A DNA stretch of 49,303 bases from Macrostomum lignano (GCA_002269645.1 NIVC01004347.1:1-49303), one strand, 5' to 3'; positions 1-12,560 are shown, counted from the first letter of the stretch. Translations and numbers: made by a program. Notes: a model not told the origin generated them from the sequence alone.

Positions 1-666
1 AACTTCAGTGGTTTCCTTTTAGCATTAGCATGCATGTACACACGAGCGTAGTTTTAGTTTCAAAAAACTCTGAATCCCAAATATAGAGATATGATATGCA
101 TTTCAAAAAGCGAGTCCAAATTTTGTGTTATATATAATGCGATCTGCACTTTTTTCCCCATCCGCATCGCGCCCGATCCCACTTTCTCCTCTCGCGGTGA
201 CTCCTGATAGCCCACCGTTTTTTTCGGCTTCGATGGCCTGGCGCTTCCCAGTGCCGGTTGTATCCCAATCGACATTGGCTCAGTGTAGAGATAGTCATCG
301 AATAATGATTCTAATTCGTCAGCCCTTGACACCGGGGGTGGCGTGAGTCTGAATTATTAACCATGGGCGGCGGTGGGTGGTCTTCTCCTGCGTTTCATGT
401 CAGCAGCGCCTTGCCTGTGTGCCATTTCGCTAGCCCGGACCAGCTCTGGATTAGCACTTGGCCTGCCTGCCTTTGATCCCCCGTGCCTCGCTCCACCCTT
501 TGCTCATTTGAGCGTGTCGCCATGGAGTAGATGAGGAAAGCATGTCTGCTGGATTACCCCCCCCCCCGGATCAAATTACCTTTCCAGATCTGCTGCTCCA
601 GTTGCTCACATGTGTTGCGAATTCTCAGCAACCACCGACGTTAGCTCCTTTGTCCGAATCCCGCAG

Positions 667-3600
667 GTGGTCGCCCTGCACTCGGACGTGCTGCCGCAGT
701 ACAAGCAGGAGGCGCCGAAAACTCGCCCCATATAATTCTTCACTACGCGGCATTCAAGACAACCTGGGATTGGATCATACTGATACTAACCGGCTACACT
801 GCCGTCATGGTGCCGTTCAATGTTGCATTCAAGAACAAAACCATGGACGACGTAGCTTTCCTAGTGTTAGACAGCATCGTCGACGTCGTGTTCTTTATTG
901 ACATTGTGCTCAACTTTCACACCACCTTTGTTGGACCCAACGGCGAAGTGATATCGGACCGTCAGTGATCAGAGTCAATTATCTCAAGGCTGGTTCGTTA
1001 TTGACCTGCTCTCCTGTCTGCCCTACGATGTGTTCAACGCTTTTCAACCGGAGTCCTCAGAGGTATTGCGTTCTTTTTCTTCTTCTAAATGCAGCAAGTG
1101 CACTCAACAATTTACAGTTTCCGCCCCCGAAACCAGTGGTCGGAAACCTCAGCCCCAAATGACGCAACTCACACCACGCCCGCGGTTCGCGTCTCAACAG
1201 TGGGTGATGCAATTTTTGCGTCACAAGGTCCCAGCTTAGGCTGGTGAGCAGACAGTGGAGAGTTATGGCTTGAGCTGCCCCCACTTGTGCATTAGAGATT
1301 GTGCATAAGCGCAATAGAGATGCGCTTACAAATTTGTAGCGAAAAACTTGAACAGAAAGAATTATTTGATTTGAGAGCGGCAATCAAAATACAGCTGTTT
1401 TTTCAACGGATTTCACAAGAATTTGCTTTTTCAGAAAAAATCAGCACAGGAAAATCCGTCTAAAAATACGCTAAAGAGATGGAAATTTAAAGGTAAAAAA
1501 TGCTTTTTTTCGAGAAGTCACACACCCTCAACGCTGCCTAAAAAGCTTTTTAAGCTTGACATTCAGTGTTTGAGAAGAGACAGTATGCTTTCTCTTGGAT
1601 ACCTTCTTACAGGCAGAAGGTAAAAAATGGAAGCATAAATTCGGGAATAGATTAGCTTTTTCTCTGCTTTTCTATCAGCGCGAACTCGCGTTATGTCGAC
1701 TGTCTGCTGGCTGACGCCGGCGCCCCGGACACTGCGGTGGCGCGGCTTTTGTTCGCGCCCAAGCCATGAAGCGCGCCCCTGTGACGCTGACTTTTACCAT
1801 CATGACAGCGTATTTTGTTGTGTGTTGTATCAAACATATAGCAAAGAGATTCTGGGAAAAAATTTTCAGCGCAGACAAAGACAATGAGCCAATGAGCCAA
1901 AGACAAAGTCATACAATACAAATAACTCATGGCTATTATTCATCGTCTAGCTATTGTAAAAAAGTGACAAAGTACACTTGGAACAGAGTATCAATGTAAG
2001 GCCCCCTAGCCAGCAGCTGTACACAGGGCTTAGTCAGGGGGGTAAGGAAAGCATCGGTTGCCCAGAAAATCGATAACACATCCCTTGCACGCGCACAGGG
2101 CGTCGCTGAAAAGCGTACAGTTGACAAACTGGGGTAGAAAGACAGGGTTGAGGTTTCGGGGACCCCCGGTTAGACAATCGATACACGCTCATAGCAGCAC
2201 CAAGCGAAATCGTCCAGCCTTATGATCATGCAGAAATCGGCCGCATTCAACTGCGGTGTGAAGAAGCCTTTTTGTTGTTAAACAAGGTTTGCCTGTGCAA
2301 GGGCGGATCAGCCCTACATGTAGGATTCCAAAATCCCGACATTTTACAATCCGGGATTGAATAGTCCCGAAATCCCGATGCTGTTGAAATCCCGGGATTC
2401 AAAATCCCGGAATCCCGGTGCTTTTGCAATCCCGGGATTAAAAATCCCGGGATTCGATTCCAAAAAAAATCCCGGATTCAAATCCCGGATTTTTGGCCCC
2501 AATCCCGGATCTCGGGATCCCGGGATTGGAATCCTAAGACGGACTGTGCGGCGTGCCGCGTGCAGTAGTCATGGTCTCGCGACTCTCAGAGTCTCAGGGC
2601 CTTTCATGTTACCAATTCCAGAACCAGAATCGGTTCGGAATTCCAAGAAAAACAGCAGTATAACTATTAAACTCTGTTAATATTTGACTGCCTTAACAGC
2701 CTCACTTTGCACGATTTTTCACTTTCTTTTTGGCGACTGTCATTCAATAATAAAAACTTTATAGCACGTATCTCCCTATAGTTATGGAGACAAAAAGTTA
2801 TACTTCACAAATTGGTTCTGCTTCTGGAACCAGAACAAGCACTATGAAAAGGCCCTCAGTCTCGTCTCGTGGTGGAAAACGAAAAAAGTTAAAATTATCT
2901 ATCATTTACAGTTCACATTAACAATTTTTAGATCAATTAGGACAGGAGCTTTGCAAATGTTTAGCGTTTCATTGAGAAACAGCAAAAACAAAAAAATGTT
3001 TTATTATTCAAATAAACGTTTAGACTTTAAATTATCTAATTTAGGCATTGAAAGGTTGTTCTAATCCCGGACCAATCCCGGGATTAAGGCCTTGAAATCC
3101 CGGGATCCCGATCCCGGACTTTTGCAATCCCGGGATTAAAAATCCGGGATTCGATTCCCAAAAAAATCCGGGATTCAAATCCCGGATTTTTGGCCCCAAT
3201 CCCGGGATCCCGGGATCCCGGGATCCCGGGATTGGAATCCCTACCTACATGTAGATGGGCTCTGTCGCGGAGAGAGCGGGTCCTCCAGAATGATAGAGAC
3301 ATTCGTTATGACGATCGTAGCGAACACTTCATCTATTACCTGTCTAGGATCCCCGAATTCCCATGTGGATCACAATGGCAGGGTACCAGCTTTCAGACAT
3401 GACGTCTTCCAGGGGGTCCATTTAGAAGGTAGGTTTATCTAGCGCAAAGGAAGTTCATGCGGTCATCTTCCAGAACGCGGGAAGCTATAGCATCTTCTTT
3501 AAGGGGCCAGATGCTGGACTGCTAGGGCACACGTAAACCCTCTATCTTAAAGAATCAAGCATCACACTTCATCAGACATAACTTAAATCGATGTGAAGTT

Positions 3601-6600
3601 AGTTGACGTCTTTTAAAACTGGTTTGAACAATCTTCGATTCACGCGGAGCTATACTTAAGAGCCTTTAGAAAGTCTCTCCTGCGTTTTTACAAAATCAGT
3701 TTTCATGGGAGTCCCCCATGCTATCGCCAACTTCAGGGCGGGATCAGCAGTCTATTCAGCGCGCTAAAAGTGGTGCGCCTACTAAGAATTGGTCGCGTAG
3801 CCCGCAAGGTTGACCAGTATCTTGAGTACGGCGCTGCCCTGCTCATCCTAATGATATTCGGCTTTGTCCTACTGGCCCACTGGATGGCCTGTATCTGGTA
3901 CACCATCGGTGTGCGCGACCTGGAGCTGGAGATCTGGTACGGCTGGATACCCCGCCTTGTTAACGACACTCTGGCGCCGCAGAACTGGACCAAGGCCACC
4001 TATCAGTCGGCTCTGCCAGACAAATCGTTGACTTACCTCACCTCGCTGTACTTTACCCTGTCGCTGCTCACCAGCGTCGGATTTGGTAATGTTGCCGCCT
4101 ACACCGAGGGCGAGAAGGCTGTGGTAGTTTTGTTCATGCTGCTGGGAGGTGAGGACCAACCATTCGTTTTCTTTCGAGCTGTTAGTGTATTACTAATAAC
4201 TATAGCAGTCCTAAACAAACATCAAGGTCGATACTACTGTCTCAGGCTCCCGCTGAGAAGCTGACCAGCTCTTCATTAACACGAACATTTCATAGCAATG
4301 TAAATGGTCAAAACAAAAAGTTCTTATAATGGTGGGGCTAAGTACAAGCTAGCAGATCTCACGCCTGGTTTCAATTGCCGTTCCTGATAACGAAAATTGG
4401 CCTGAGGCTTCTGTGTACAAGAATGTACACTGCCTGACGATGAGAAGTAAAGGCCGCTGTACACCTGCGTGAGTGTGTGCCTTAGTAACGTATCCGTGTG
4501 CGTTGCGTGCTTAGAGGCCAGCGCAATGGGCAGAACTGCCTTGATTCTCGGCAGAGCTCAAAGCAGCTAGACAGCATAAATCGGGAAATTTTCGCAATAG
4601 CTAAACAAGCAGTTCCTCACCTGGATCTCCCAATTTGCCGTATCGCAATTAGCTGGACTCTTCGGCAGATGGGGCTCGATCTTGCCGTTTTGCTCTGCCC
4701 TCAACTGAGCGCGCAGTTGAGGCATCCCAATCGGACGGGCCCTCAGCTTCCGGTCTCGTCAGTTGATGGGGGTGTTTGCTCGAGAGGCTGCAATTAAGGA
4801 GCATCAGGCTGTAGTTCAGTCTCTGCAATTTCGTGTGCGCGGTTAAATGTTTTGCAAAATTTCGGCAGGCTCCGAGCGCGATCTAAATTGCTTGCCGAGT
4901 CGCTGCAGATCTGCGTGCTGCTCTTTGCTCTTTTGAAGCAGCGCGCTCGTAGGCTTGGGGGCAGCTCTGAGATGAATCTGGTTTATCTAGGAAGCCCCTA
5001 TGCAGCCTCTTCTCTTTTCGCGATCGGAACAGCATTGCTTCATTAATTTGCTTCGTTTCGAGTGTATTTGCAGCGCAAAGAAAAATTTTAATATATTTTT
5101 TTAAATGCTAGGGATTGAAATTTCAACCCGAACTCGCTGTGAACTCGTGCAAAATTAGAGATTCAGTTTGTGACTTGATCAGAATCTGATTCGTGTATGA
5201 TCGCAAGTGGATGGAGCTAAATCAACTAATAATCAATATAAATGTCATTTTATTCAATAAACTACGAGCATAAGAACTCCTTATTAAAATTCTTCACTTT
5301 CCATGCAGCCCTAGTCTACGCGACCATATTCGGAAATGTGACAACAATATTCCAGCAGATGTACGCGTCTAGGGCGCGCTATCACGAGATGATGAACAGC
5401 GTAAAAGAGTTCATGAAGATACACGACGTGCCTAGAGAACTGGGCGAGCGGGTAATGGACTATGTAACGTCGTCATGGGCAATTACGAAGGGAATTGACA
5501 CGACAAAGGTAAGAGAGAACGGAATGCAAGGGGGTTGTTTCATAAATTGTGTCCTAAGACTGACTTTCAAGTTCCAACTCAGGACTCAGTCATAAGTGTG
5601 TTCTATAGTCTGACTTCTAACTGTAATCTTAGGTAAGATCGAGTTCATGCGTCAGGGGAAGAGCTGATGGAGCTGGTAAAGATACTGTGCCTGGATAATC
5701 CGTCCATGGTCATCTATGGTACGAGTAATCTGTAGCTGATACGAATACCAGAGAAAGGAAGCAAAATTTTATTCCTACACGATGCCACTCAACTTAGGAC
5801 AGCTCTCGGTGTGCCCTAAATTAGGATCAAAGTCGGGGGTTTCAGCCATGGAATGCCATGAATGGAGTGTCTTTATAAAACACTTCGACCATAAGTTCAA
5901 TCTTGCGCGAGTATCTCACTCCAGGGCGAATCTCAGTTGGATCCCAGCTAAGACTCAATTTTATCCATAGAAGCGTCACTCCTAAGTTTAGCCCACAGGC
6001 GCGCTCTGTGACGTTGTTCTCAGTTCTCAGACCACATACAGTGAAAGAGTTGCTTGTTAAACAAAATCCAATAAATTTGAAGTTCTTTCGTCAAACAATA
6101 ACTGTTGACCTTTTGGACGGCTTCAATGGCCATCAGCTGACTGGTAAAATTGGTTCATCTTTTTTCGTTGTCCAGCGGTCGAAAAGAACAGATAAGGAAA
6201 ATTGTAATTGATTCATTTTTATTCATCTCAGGCAGTGTCATCAGCATGGCTGGCTGATTGGGATAATTTTCAGACGCTGAATGGATGCTGGAATAGGCTG
6301 CCAATTTACTGACAGAGGCAGTGAGAAAGCTTGTCAGGCAATGTGCCCCGTGATGAGACGCGCGATGTCAGACATGCCAGCGCATCATGAAGCAGCAGAT
6401 GCTGAGGGGAGAAGGGAGGGGAGAACGCAGCAAGTCCACTTTCGCCCCAGTTGATAATTGATGAGTGCCGCTTCGACCCCGGGTCCGCGTAGTCTCAAGA
6501 GAGTTGGTTGTCATGGAGCTCTGAGACCAAGTTCACTTCTCATCTGAGAGCGCAGGGGCTTTTTCACCTGCTATCAAGTAGTGACGAATAAATATTTATT

Positions 6601-9600
6601 ATGGTAAATCCACTAAAGTTGCATTTGTATCCGAAAAACCCCATTTCGCTAAGTGGATCTGGGCAAATTTTCTGAAATCAACTGTTAAGCGATCGAAGCT
6701 TTCATGCTTGCCAATGGTACTGCGCACTGCGTCAAGCTGGCCATTTAAGGTGGTACATGTTACTTTCCCCCAGCGAGTTTTAGCCTAGTGGCTAGAGCAT
6801 CGGACTCTCGACTGGAAGGTCGGGGGTTCAATTCTTGACCAACTCGGAACAATTTGTGTCCTTGAACAAGACACAACTCTGCATTGCTTCAGTTCACCTA
6901 GCTGTAAAATGAGTACCACGGGGTAGTTGAATGTGTGTGTGGCGACCCCCCAGTCCTTAGACTTGGACTGAACAGCCGTACGCAGCCTTCAGATGCTCCG
7001 CGCGATAGCTGCGTCTGAGCGGTCGGTTTCACATGTGGCTATTAGGGCGTTGTAGTCAATTATTATTATTATTATTATTCATTTATATTATTACTTTTTA
7101 GGTGTTGAACTACTGTCCAAAAGACATGAAAGCGGACCTGTGCGTCCATCTCAACCGCAAGGTGTTCAACGAGCATCCAGCGTTCCGTCTGGCATCCGAC
7201 GGCTGTCTTCGCTCGCTGGCGATGGCCTTCGCCACGGTGCACACAGCCCCGGGCGATCTTATTTTCCATCAGGGCGAGAGTCTCGACCAGCTCTGCTTTG
7301 TGGTCAGCGGCTCGCTTGAGGTTATTCAAGACGACGAGGTGGTTGCTATACTAGGTGAGACAATCCGTCCCCACTGCGCATACTTGTCTGCATCCGCGCT
7401 TCTGTCCTGCTCCATACACCCACCCCGCTCACCCAACCCCCACTAACCAGTTCACCCAAACTCACCAATCCCATCCCCTCCACTCCATGCCCCACATAAC
7501 TCCACTCACCTACCCCACCTCCACACATCTACCCCATTTCCACTCACCTACCCCACCTCCACTCACCTACCCCACCTCCACTCATCTACCCCACCTCCAC
7601 TCACCTACCCCACCTCCACTTTCCCAAAGCATTCTCCAAGCGCGCATCGTTCCCCGCATCTGTAGCCCAATATTCGCCCACCTTGAACCGGCAGGCAAAG
7701 GTGACGTATTTGGCGACACCTTCTGGAAGGAGAACCCGCTTGGCCAGTCGGCGGCCAGCGTTCGCGCCCTCACCTACTGCGATCTGCACTGCATCAAGCG
7801 CAATTGCCTGTTAGATGTGCTCAACTTTTATCAGGCCTTCTCAAACTCGTTCGCCAGAAATCTCGTGCTCACCTATAACCTGAGGCATCGGGTAAGTGAC
7901 AAAATTATAATAACAATTTCTAGTGTCTTTAAGCATCTTAGTGCCCGTCTTATTGTGGCTTACGTTAGTTCTTGTCTAAGACAAGACTTAAAGAGTTGCT
8001 GCAGTCAAGGCTCAAGATGGGGGTTGCTGAGAAGTCAAGGCTCAAGATGGGGGTTGCTGAGGAGTCAAGGCTCAAGATGGGGGTTGCTGAGAAGTCAAGG
8101 CTCAAGATGGGGGTTGCTGAGGAGTCAAGGCTCAAGATGAGGGTTGCTGAGGAGCCAAGGCTCAAGATGAGGGTTGCTGAGGAGCCAAGGCTCAAGATGA
8201 GGGTTGCTGAGGAGTCAAGGCTCAAGATGAGGGGTGCTGAGAAGTCAAGGCTCAAGATGGAGGTTGCTGAGAAGTCAAGGCTCAAGATGGAGGTTGCTGA
8301 GGAGTCAAGGCTCAAGATCGGGGTGCTGAGAAGTCAAGGCTCAAGATGGGGGTTGCTGAGAAGTCAAGGCTCAAGATGGGGGTTGCTGAGAAGTCAAGGC
8401 TCAAGAACTGGGTTGCTGAGAAGTCAAGGCTCAAGATGGAGGTTGCTGAGGAGTCAAGGCTCAAGATCGGGGTGCAGAGAAGTCAAGGCTCAAGATGAGG
8501 GGTGCTGAGAAGTCAAGGCTCAAGATGAGAGTTGCTGAGAAGTCAAGGCTCAAGATGGGGGTGCTGAGAAGTCAAGGCTCAAGATGGAGGTTGCTGAGGA
8601 GTCAAGGCTCAAGATCGGGGTGCAGAGAAGTCAAGGCTCAAGATGAGGGGTGCTGAGAAGTCAAGGCTCAAGAACTGGGTTGCTGAGAAGTCAAGGCTCA
8701 AGATGGGGGTGCTGAGAAGTCAAGGCTCAAGATGGAGGTTGCTGAGGAGCCAAGGCTCAAGATGAGGGTTGCTGAGAAGTCAAGGCTCAAGATGAGAGTT
8801 GCTGAGAAGTCAAGGCTCAAACTGGGGGTTGCTGAGAAGTCAAGGCTCAAGAACTGGGTTGCTGAGAAATCAAGGCTCAAGATGGGGGTGCTGAGAAGTC
8901 AAGGCTCAAGAACTGGGTTGCTGAGAAGTCAAGGCTCAAGATGGGGGTGCTGAGAAGTCAAGGCTCAAGAACTGGGTTGCTTAGGAGTCAAGGCTCAAGA
9001 AGGGAAGTTGCTTGTAACACACACTCTGTGCCTCGGGGTTGGCCCTCATTAGTGAGAGCTGCACGTCAGACCCCATTAAAAATCGCCTTTCAGATTGTCT
9101 TCCGCAAGATTGCCGACGTCAGGCGGGAGCGCGAGCTGGCTGAGCGGGGCAAATTCGAGCCGCCACTGATGGACCTGAGCTCCGATCATCCGGTGCGCAA
9201 GCTCATCTCCCGATTCAAGAAGGCCTCCGACGGGTCCGTCTCTGCCGGCACTCTGAAGCCTAACGGAGAAGCAGTCGGGCCGCAGTCGGAGGTCGGCAGC
9301 AGCGGTGAAGTTTTTGAAGCTCCGAGCGCGAGTAGCTCAGCACATGGCGGCGGCGGCAGCGGCGGCGGCGGCGGCGGTGGCGGCTCCAGATGGTCGCGCA
9401 TGTTCAGCGCTCGCCGCTCCTCTGTGTCGGTGGCCTCGCCATCCGGTATTTCGGCCGCCAGCGACAGCCCGGCCGCCCTCGAGGCCGGCGTCGCCTCCGA
9501 GTCCGCGGCTCCGCCCATCATCGTTGAGGAGGCGGCGCCGCAGCCAGCCAAGAAAAAGCCGCCGCAGCCTCCGCCGAAAAATCCGCTGCTGCAGGCGGCC

Positions 9601-10020
9601 AAAAAGCTGCAGACTTCGTCGACATCTCAGCAAGAACAGCAGCAGCTGGACGCATCGCTGAAGTCCCTCGCCAGCCTCTTGACAGAAACTCGCGAAGAGC
9701 TTCGCAGAGAGCTCGCCAGCCTCAACGGCCGAGTTAGCCGCGTGGACACGCAGCTACGCGAATTCCTGCGCCTCATCAGTCCGCTGGATTCGCACTGCCA
9801 GTCTCTTGAGTCCACGGCGTCCACAGACAGTGAGCAGACTCGGCAGGAGCCTGCACTGGCTCCTGACAGCAGCAGCAGTGGTGGCGCCGGCGGCGGCGGC
9901 GGCAGCTCCAGTCAGAGTCCGAACCTGTCCGGCAAGTCCGCTGCGTCCTCTTCGTTCTCGTCGTCGGCTTTCAGCAGCGGCCAAGGCCTCGGCAGCGGTG
10001 GTGGCTCCTCGCACTGCTGA
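667..10020 (+). CDS. eag: Ether-a-go-go voltage-gated K+ channel (Kv10/KCNH1-KCNH5 type), 5'-partial; exons 667-1062, 3737-4148, 5309-5508, 7102-7354, 7695-7891, 9094-10020
   Basis: All exons are flanked by AG/GT with compatible phases (0,1,0,1,0). Translation shows EAG hallmarks: [14 protein letters not shown]1-S3 (WDWIIL...[20 protein letters not shown]), S4 [13 protein letters not shown], pore SVGFGNV, C-linker [20 protein letters not shown] ([36 protein letters not shown]...[10 protein letters not shown]), intrinsic-ligand [26 protein letters not shown] segments and a C-terminal coiled coil. PAS-domain exons lie upstream of the window. Exon 667-1062 needs three +1 corrections (see findings). 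Confidence 0.95.
2321..3243. mobile_element. hAT-like non-autonomous DNA transposon (MITE-type, composite)
   Basis: Left end TAGGATTCCAAAATCCCG (2321); right end CGGGATTGGAATCCCTA (ends 3243). Identical 8-bp flanks CCTACATG at 2313-2320 and 3244-3251. Dense subterminal palindromes AATCCCGGGATT. An 8-bp TSD and TAGG(G) ends are typical of hAT. Confidence 0.8.
2596..2857. mobile_element. Possible small inverted-repeat element nested in the hAT-like element
   Basis: AGGGCCTTTCAT at 2596 and ATGAAAAGGCCCT ending 2856 are imperfect inverted repeats; AGTCTC flanks both sides (2590-2595, 2858-2863). Confidence 0.4.
4405..4530 (+). mobile_element. SINE family A, 5'-truncated copy
   Basis: TGTACACTGCCTGACGATGAGAAGTAAAGGCCGCTGTACACCTGCGTGAG...GGGCAGAACTGCC matches the copies near 36040 and 41510. 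Confidence 0.6.
6772..7080 (+). mobile_element. tRNA-derived SINE family B with CORE/V/Meta-like central domain
   Basis: A-box-like TAGCCTAGTGG and B-box-like GGTTCAATTC, then TGTGTCCTTGAACAAGACAC...CTTCAGTTCACCTAGCTGTAAAATGAGTACC, and an (ATT)n tail. A second copy lies at 35299-35594 (-). Confidence 0.75.
7500..7620. repeat. 19-bp minisatellite (CCACTCACCTACCCCACCT) in eag intron
   Basis: About 6 tandem units read directly; boundaries approximate. Confidence 0.8.
8005..9000. repeat. 30-bp minisatellite (GAAGTCAAGGCTCAAGATGGGGGTTGCTGA) in eag intron
   Basis: About 33 units; the period is visible as in-register 60-base lines at 8041-8340. Confidence 0.95.
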
Positions 10021-10039
10021 TTGGCATCGCCAGTCTTCA

Positions 10040-10155
10040 CTGGACTGAACTGCTGTCTCAGCATTGATCACGTGACTCTGGACTGAACTGCTGTCTCAGC
10101 ATTGATCACGTGACTCTGGACTGAACTGCTGTCTCAGCATTGATCACGTGACTCC
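10040..10155. repeat. 38-bp unit x3 just after the eag stop codon
   Basis: TGGACTGAACTGCTGTCTCAGCATTGATCACGTGACTC repeated three times. Confidence 0.9.
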
Positions 10156-10779
10156 GGTTGCATTGCTTTGATTCCAGTTGTTGATTTTGCAGTTGATCAC
10201 CATACTCGTAGCTGTGCATCTATTTCACACCCGACACATTGGCGCCCCTATCAGCGGTGAAATCGCAAATAATCTCTGATCGCTCACCATTTCCATTACC
10301 ACGGCTCGAACCTTTTGCTTTTTGTTAATGCTTCGTTGCATTAACGATGCGACGCTAATGCAACGTTGGATTTGCAGCTCCTTGGTTCCGAATTAAATCC
10401 AGCTTTTATGCACCCCCAATCTCAATTTGCATTGTTCAGCACCTACATGTAGCATCCGGCTGCAGAGCATATTTTCCTAGAAAAATAACAAAGCAATGTC
10501 AATCTACAACAAGGCACAATTGAGGCGACCTAATCATTTGAAAAGCTGAAGTGTCGTGTCTGTGTAGAGAGTTTGTGTTTAATCATAGTCATTATTTTAA
10601 CTGGTTATCTGTCTGTGTATGAGTATCTCATTTTCTTATAAACACATAAAATACAGCTTGCCGCCGTATTGCACTCCTGTCTCTCTTTGCCTACCTCTGT
10701 TAATCTTTCTTCTTCTCTCCCCATCTGCTTTTGCCTCTTCCTCTTTCCTGTCTCCCCCTCTCAGTTCCCAGTTCCTCCC

Positions 10780-11490
10780 TTTCTGTTTCCCCCCCTCTGT
10801 CTCCTCCTCTCTGTCTCCCCCTCTCTGTCTCCCCCTCTCTGTCTCCCCCTCTCTGTCTCCCTCTCTGTCTCCCCCTCTCTGTTCCCTCTCTGTTCCCCCT
10901 CTCTGTCCCCCCTCTGTCTCCCCCTCTCTGTTCCCCCTCTCTGTCCCCCCTCTGTCTCCCCCTCTCTGTCTCCCCTCTCTGTCTCCCCCTCTGTTTCCTC
11001 CTCTCTGTCCCCCCTCTCTGTCTCCCTCTCTGTCTCCCCCTCTCTGTCTCCCTCTCTGTCTCCCCCTCTCTGTCTCCCCCTCTCGGTCTCCCCCTCTCTG
11101 TCTCCCCCTCTCTGTCTCCCCCTCTCTGTCTCCCCCTCTCTGTCTCCCCCTCTCTGTCTCCCTCTCTGTCTCCCCCTCTCTGTCTCCCCTCTCTGTCTCC
11201 CCCTCTCTGTCTCCCCTCTCTGTCTGCCCCTCTCTGTCTCCCCTCTCTGTCTCCCCCTCTGTCTCCCCCTCTCTGTCTCCCCCTCTCTGTTTCCCCCTCT
11301 CTGTCTCCCCCTCTGTCTCCCCCTCTCTGTCTTCCCCTCTGTCTCCCCCTCTCTGTCTCCCCCTCTCTGTCTGCCCCTCTCTGTCTCCCCCTCTGTCTCC
11401 CCTCTCTGTCTCCCCCTCTCTGTCTCCTCCTCTCTGTTTCCCCCCTCTCTGTCTCCCCCTCTCTGTCTCCTCCTCTCTGTTTCCCCCCTC
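10780..11490. repeat. Pyrimidine-rich 12-14-bp minisatellite (CTCTCTGTCTCCCC)
   Basis: Direct reading; explains the spurious ORFs at 10619-11597. Confidence 0.95.
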
Positions 11491-12309
11491 AATCTCCCCT
11501 CAGTTTTCCTTTCTCTGGCTCCTCCGTGTCCATCAATTATAGCGGATTTAATGCCCCGATAAATTTAGGCAGACATTTCCAGACAAAAATTGCTTAAATA
11601 TTGACATGAATTTCATGAATTTTTCATTTTCAGCGATTATTTAAAAATGCCTTATTTGCTACAAAAGCTTTTCCTACTAATCAACCAAAATTGAATTGAA
11701 ATTGAAACTTTCACTATGCATCATTGAATTAAGGGAGCAGACTTTTTGAGTCCAAATCCTAAATTGGAGCTCAAGCTCCGATAAAAAAGCGCGCATTCAT
11801 AATTGATGCCCAACCCAAGCCGAGCACTTTTTGTCCCCAGCAGCGCTGCTGGCCTCCTGGCATTGGCAAACGAAGCACTTATAGATCCTCTTTTTGGCTT
11901 CAAGTTCCATCGCATGTTTTCTCTTCCACGCGGCAGATCAGCTCCCAACGGACCTTAGCAGCCTGGATGTTATCAGCCATGTCTTTCCGTGTCTGTTCGT
12001 GTAGCCATGGGTCAAGGCTTCGATCTGTGGCGGGGGTCGCCGGAGCACTGTGCTCAGCTCATGTGAGACAGTGCTCTGGCTCTGCTAAGACAGCAGAGAC
12101 TCTTGGAAAAACAACAACTTCTCTGCTATCTGTCAGCTAGTTGTTTGCTTGCACTGAAAACTTAAGAGATTAATTGTTAGTTCAGACTAGCAATCTTCGC
12201 CCCCCGTTGGGGGACATCTGTATAGAATCTCCGCTCTCTACAAGTAACAAAAAGAAAAAGAAAACAGACAAAATACTTAAATGAAGTGCAATGCAAAAAG
12301 AAATCATCC

Positions 12310-12560
12310 CAAGACAGCAAGCATCCCCCAGATAGCAAGCATCCCCCAGATTGCAAGCATCCCAAAGATAGCAAGCATCCCCCACATAGCACGCATCCCC
12401 CAGAAGGATAGCATCCCCAGATAGCAAGCACCCCCAGATAGCAAGGATCCCCCAGATAGCAAGCATCCCCAAGATAGCAAGCTTCCCCCAGATAGCAAGC
12501 ATCTTCCAGAGAGCAAGCATCCCCCCACATAGATAGCATCCCCAAATAGCAAGCATCCAC
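12310..12560. repeat. 18-bp minisatellite (CAGATAGCAAGCATCCCC)
   Basis: About 13 tandem units. Confidence 0.9.

Noticed and set aside
6236-6600. Possible solo LTR (TG start, AATAAA near 6587)
   Set aside because: No second copy, TSD or primer-binding site could be identified.
7972-8953. ORFs made of AEKSRLKM / LRSQGSRWG repeats
   Set aside because: They are translations of the 30-bp intronic minisatellite; eag splices across them (donor 7892, acceptor 9093).
10619-11597. Long Pro/Leu/Ser-rich ORFs (243-307 aa) in several frames
   Set aside because: A low-complexity CT array lacks stops by composition; the ORFs are open in several frames and both strands, with no splice or domain support.
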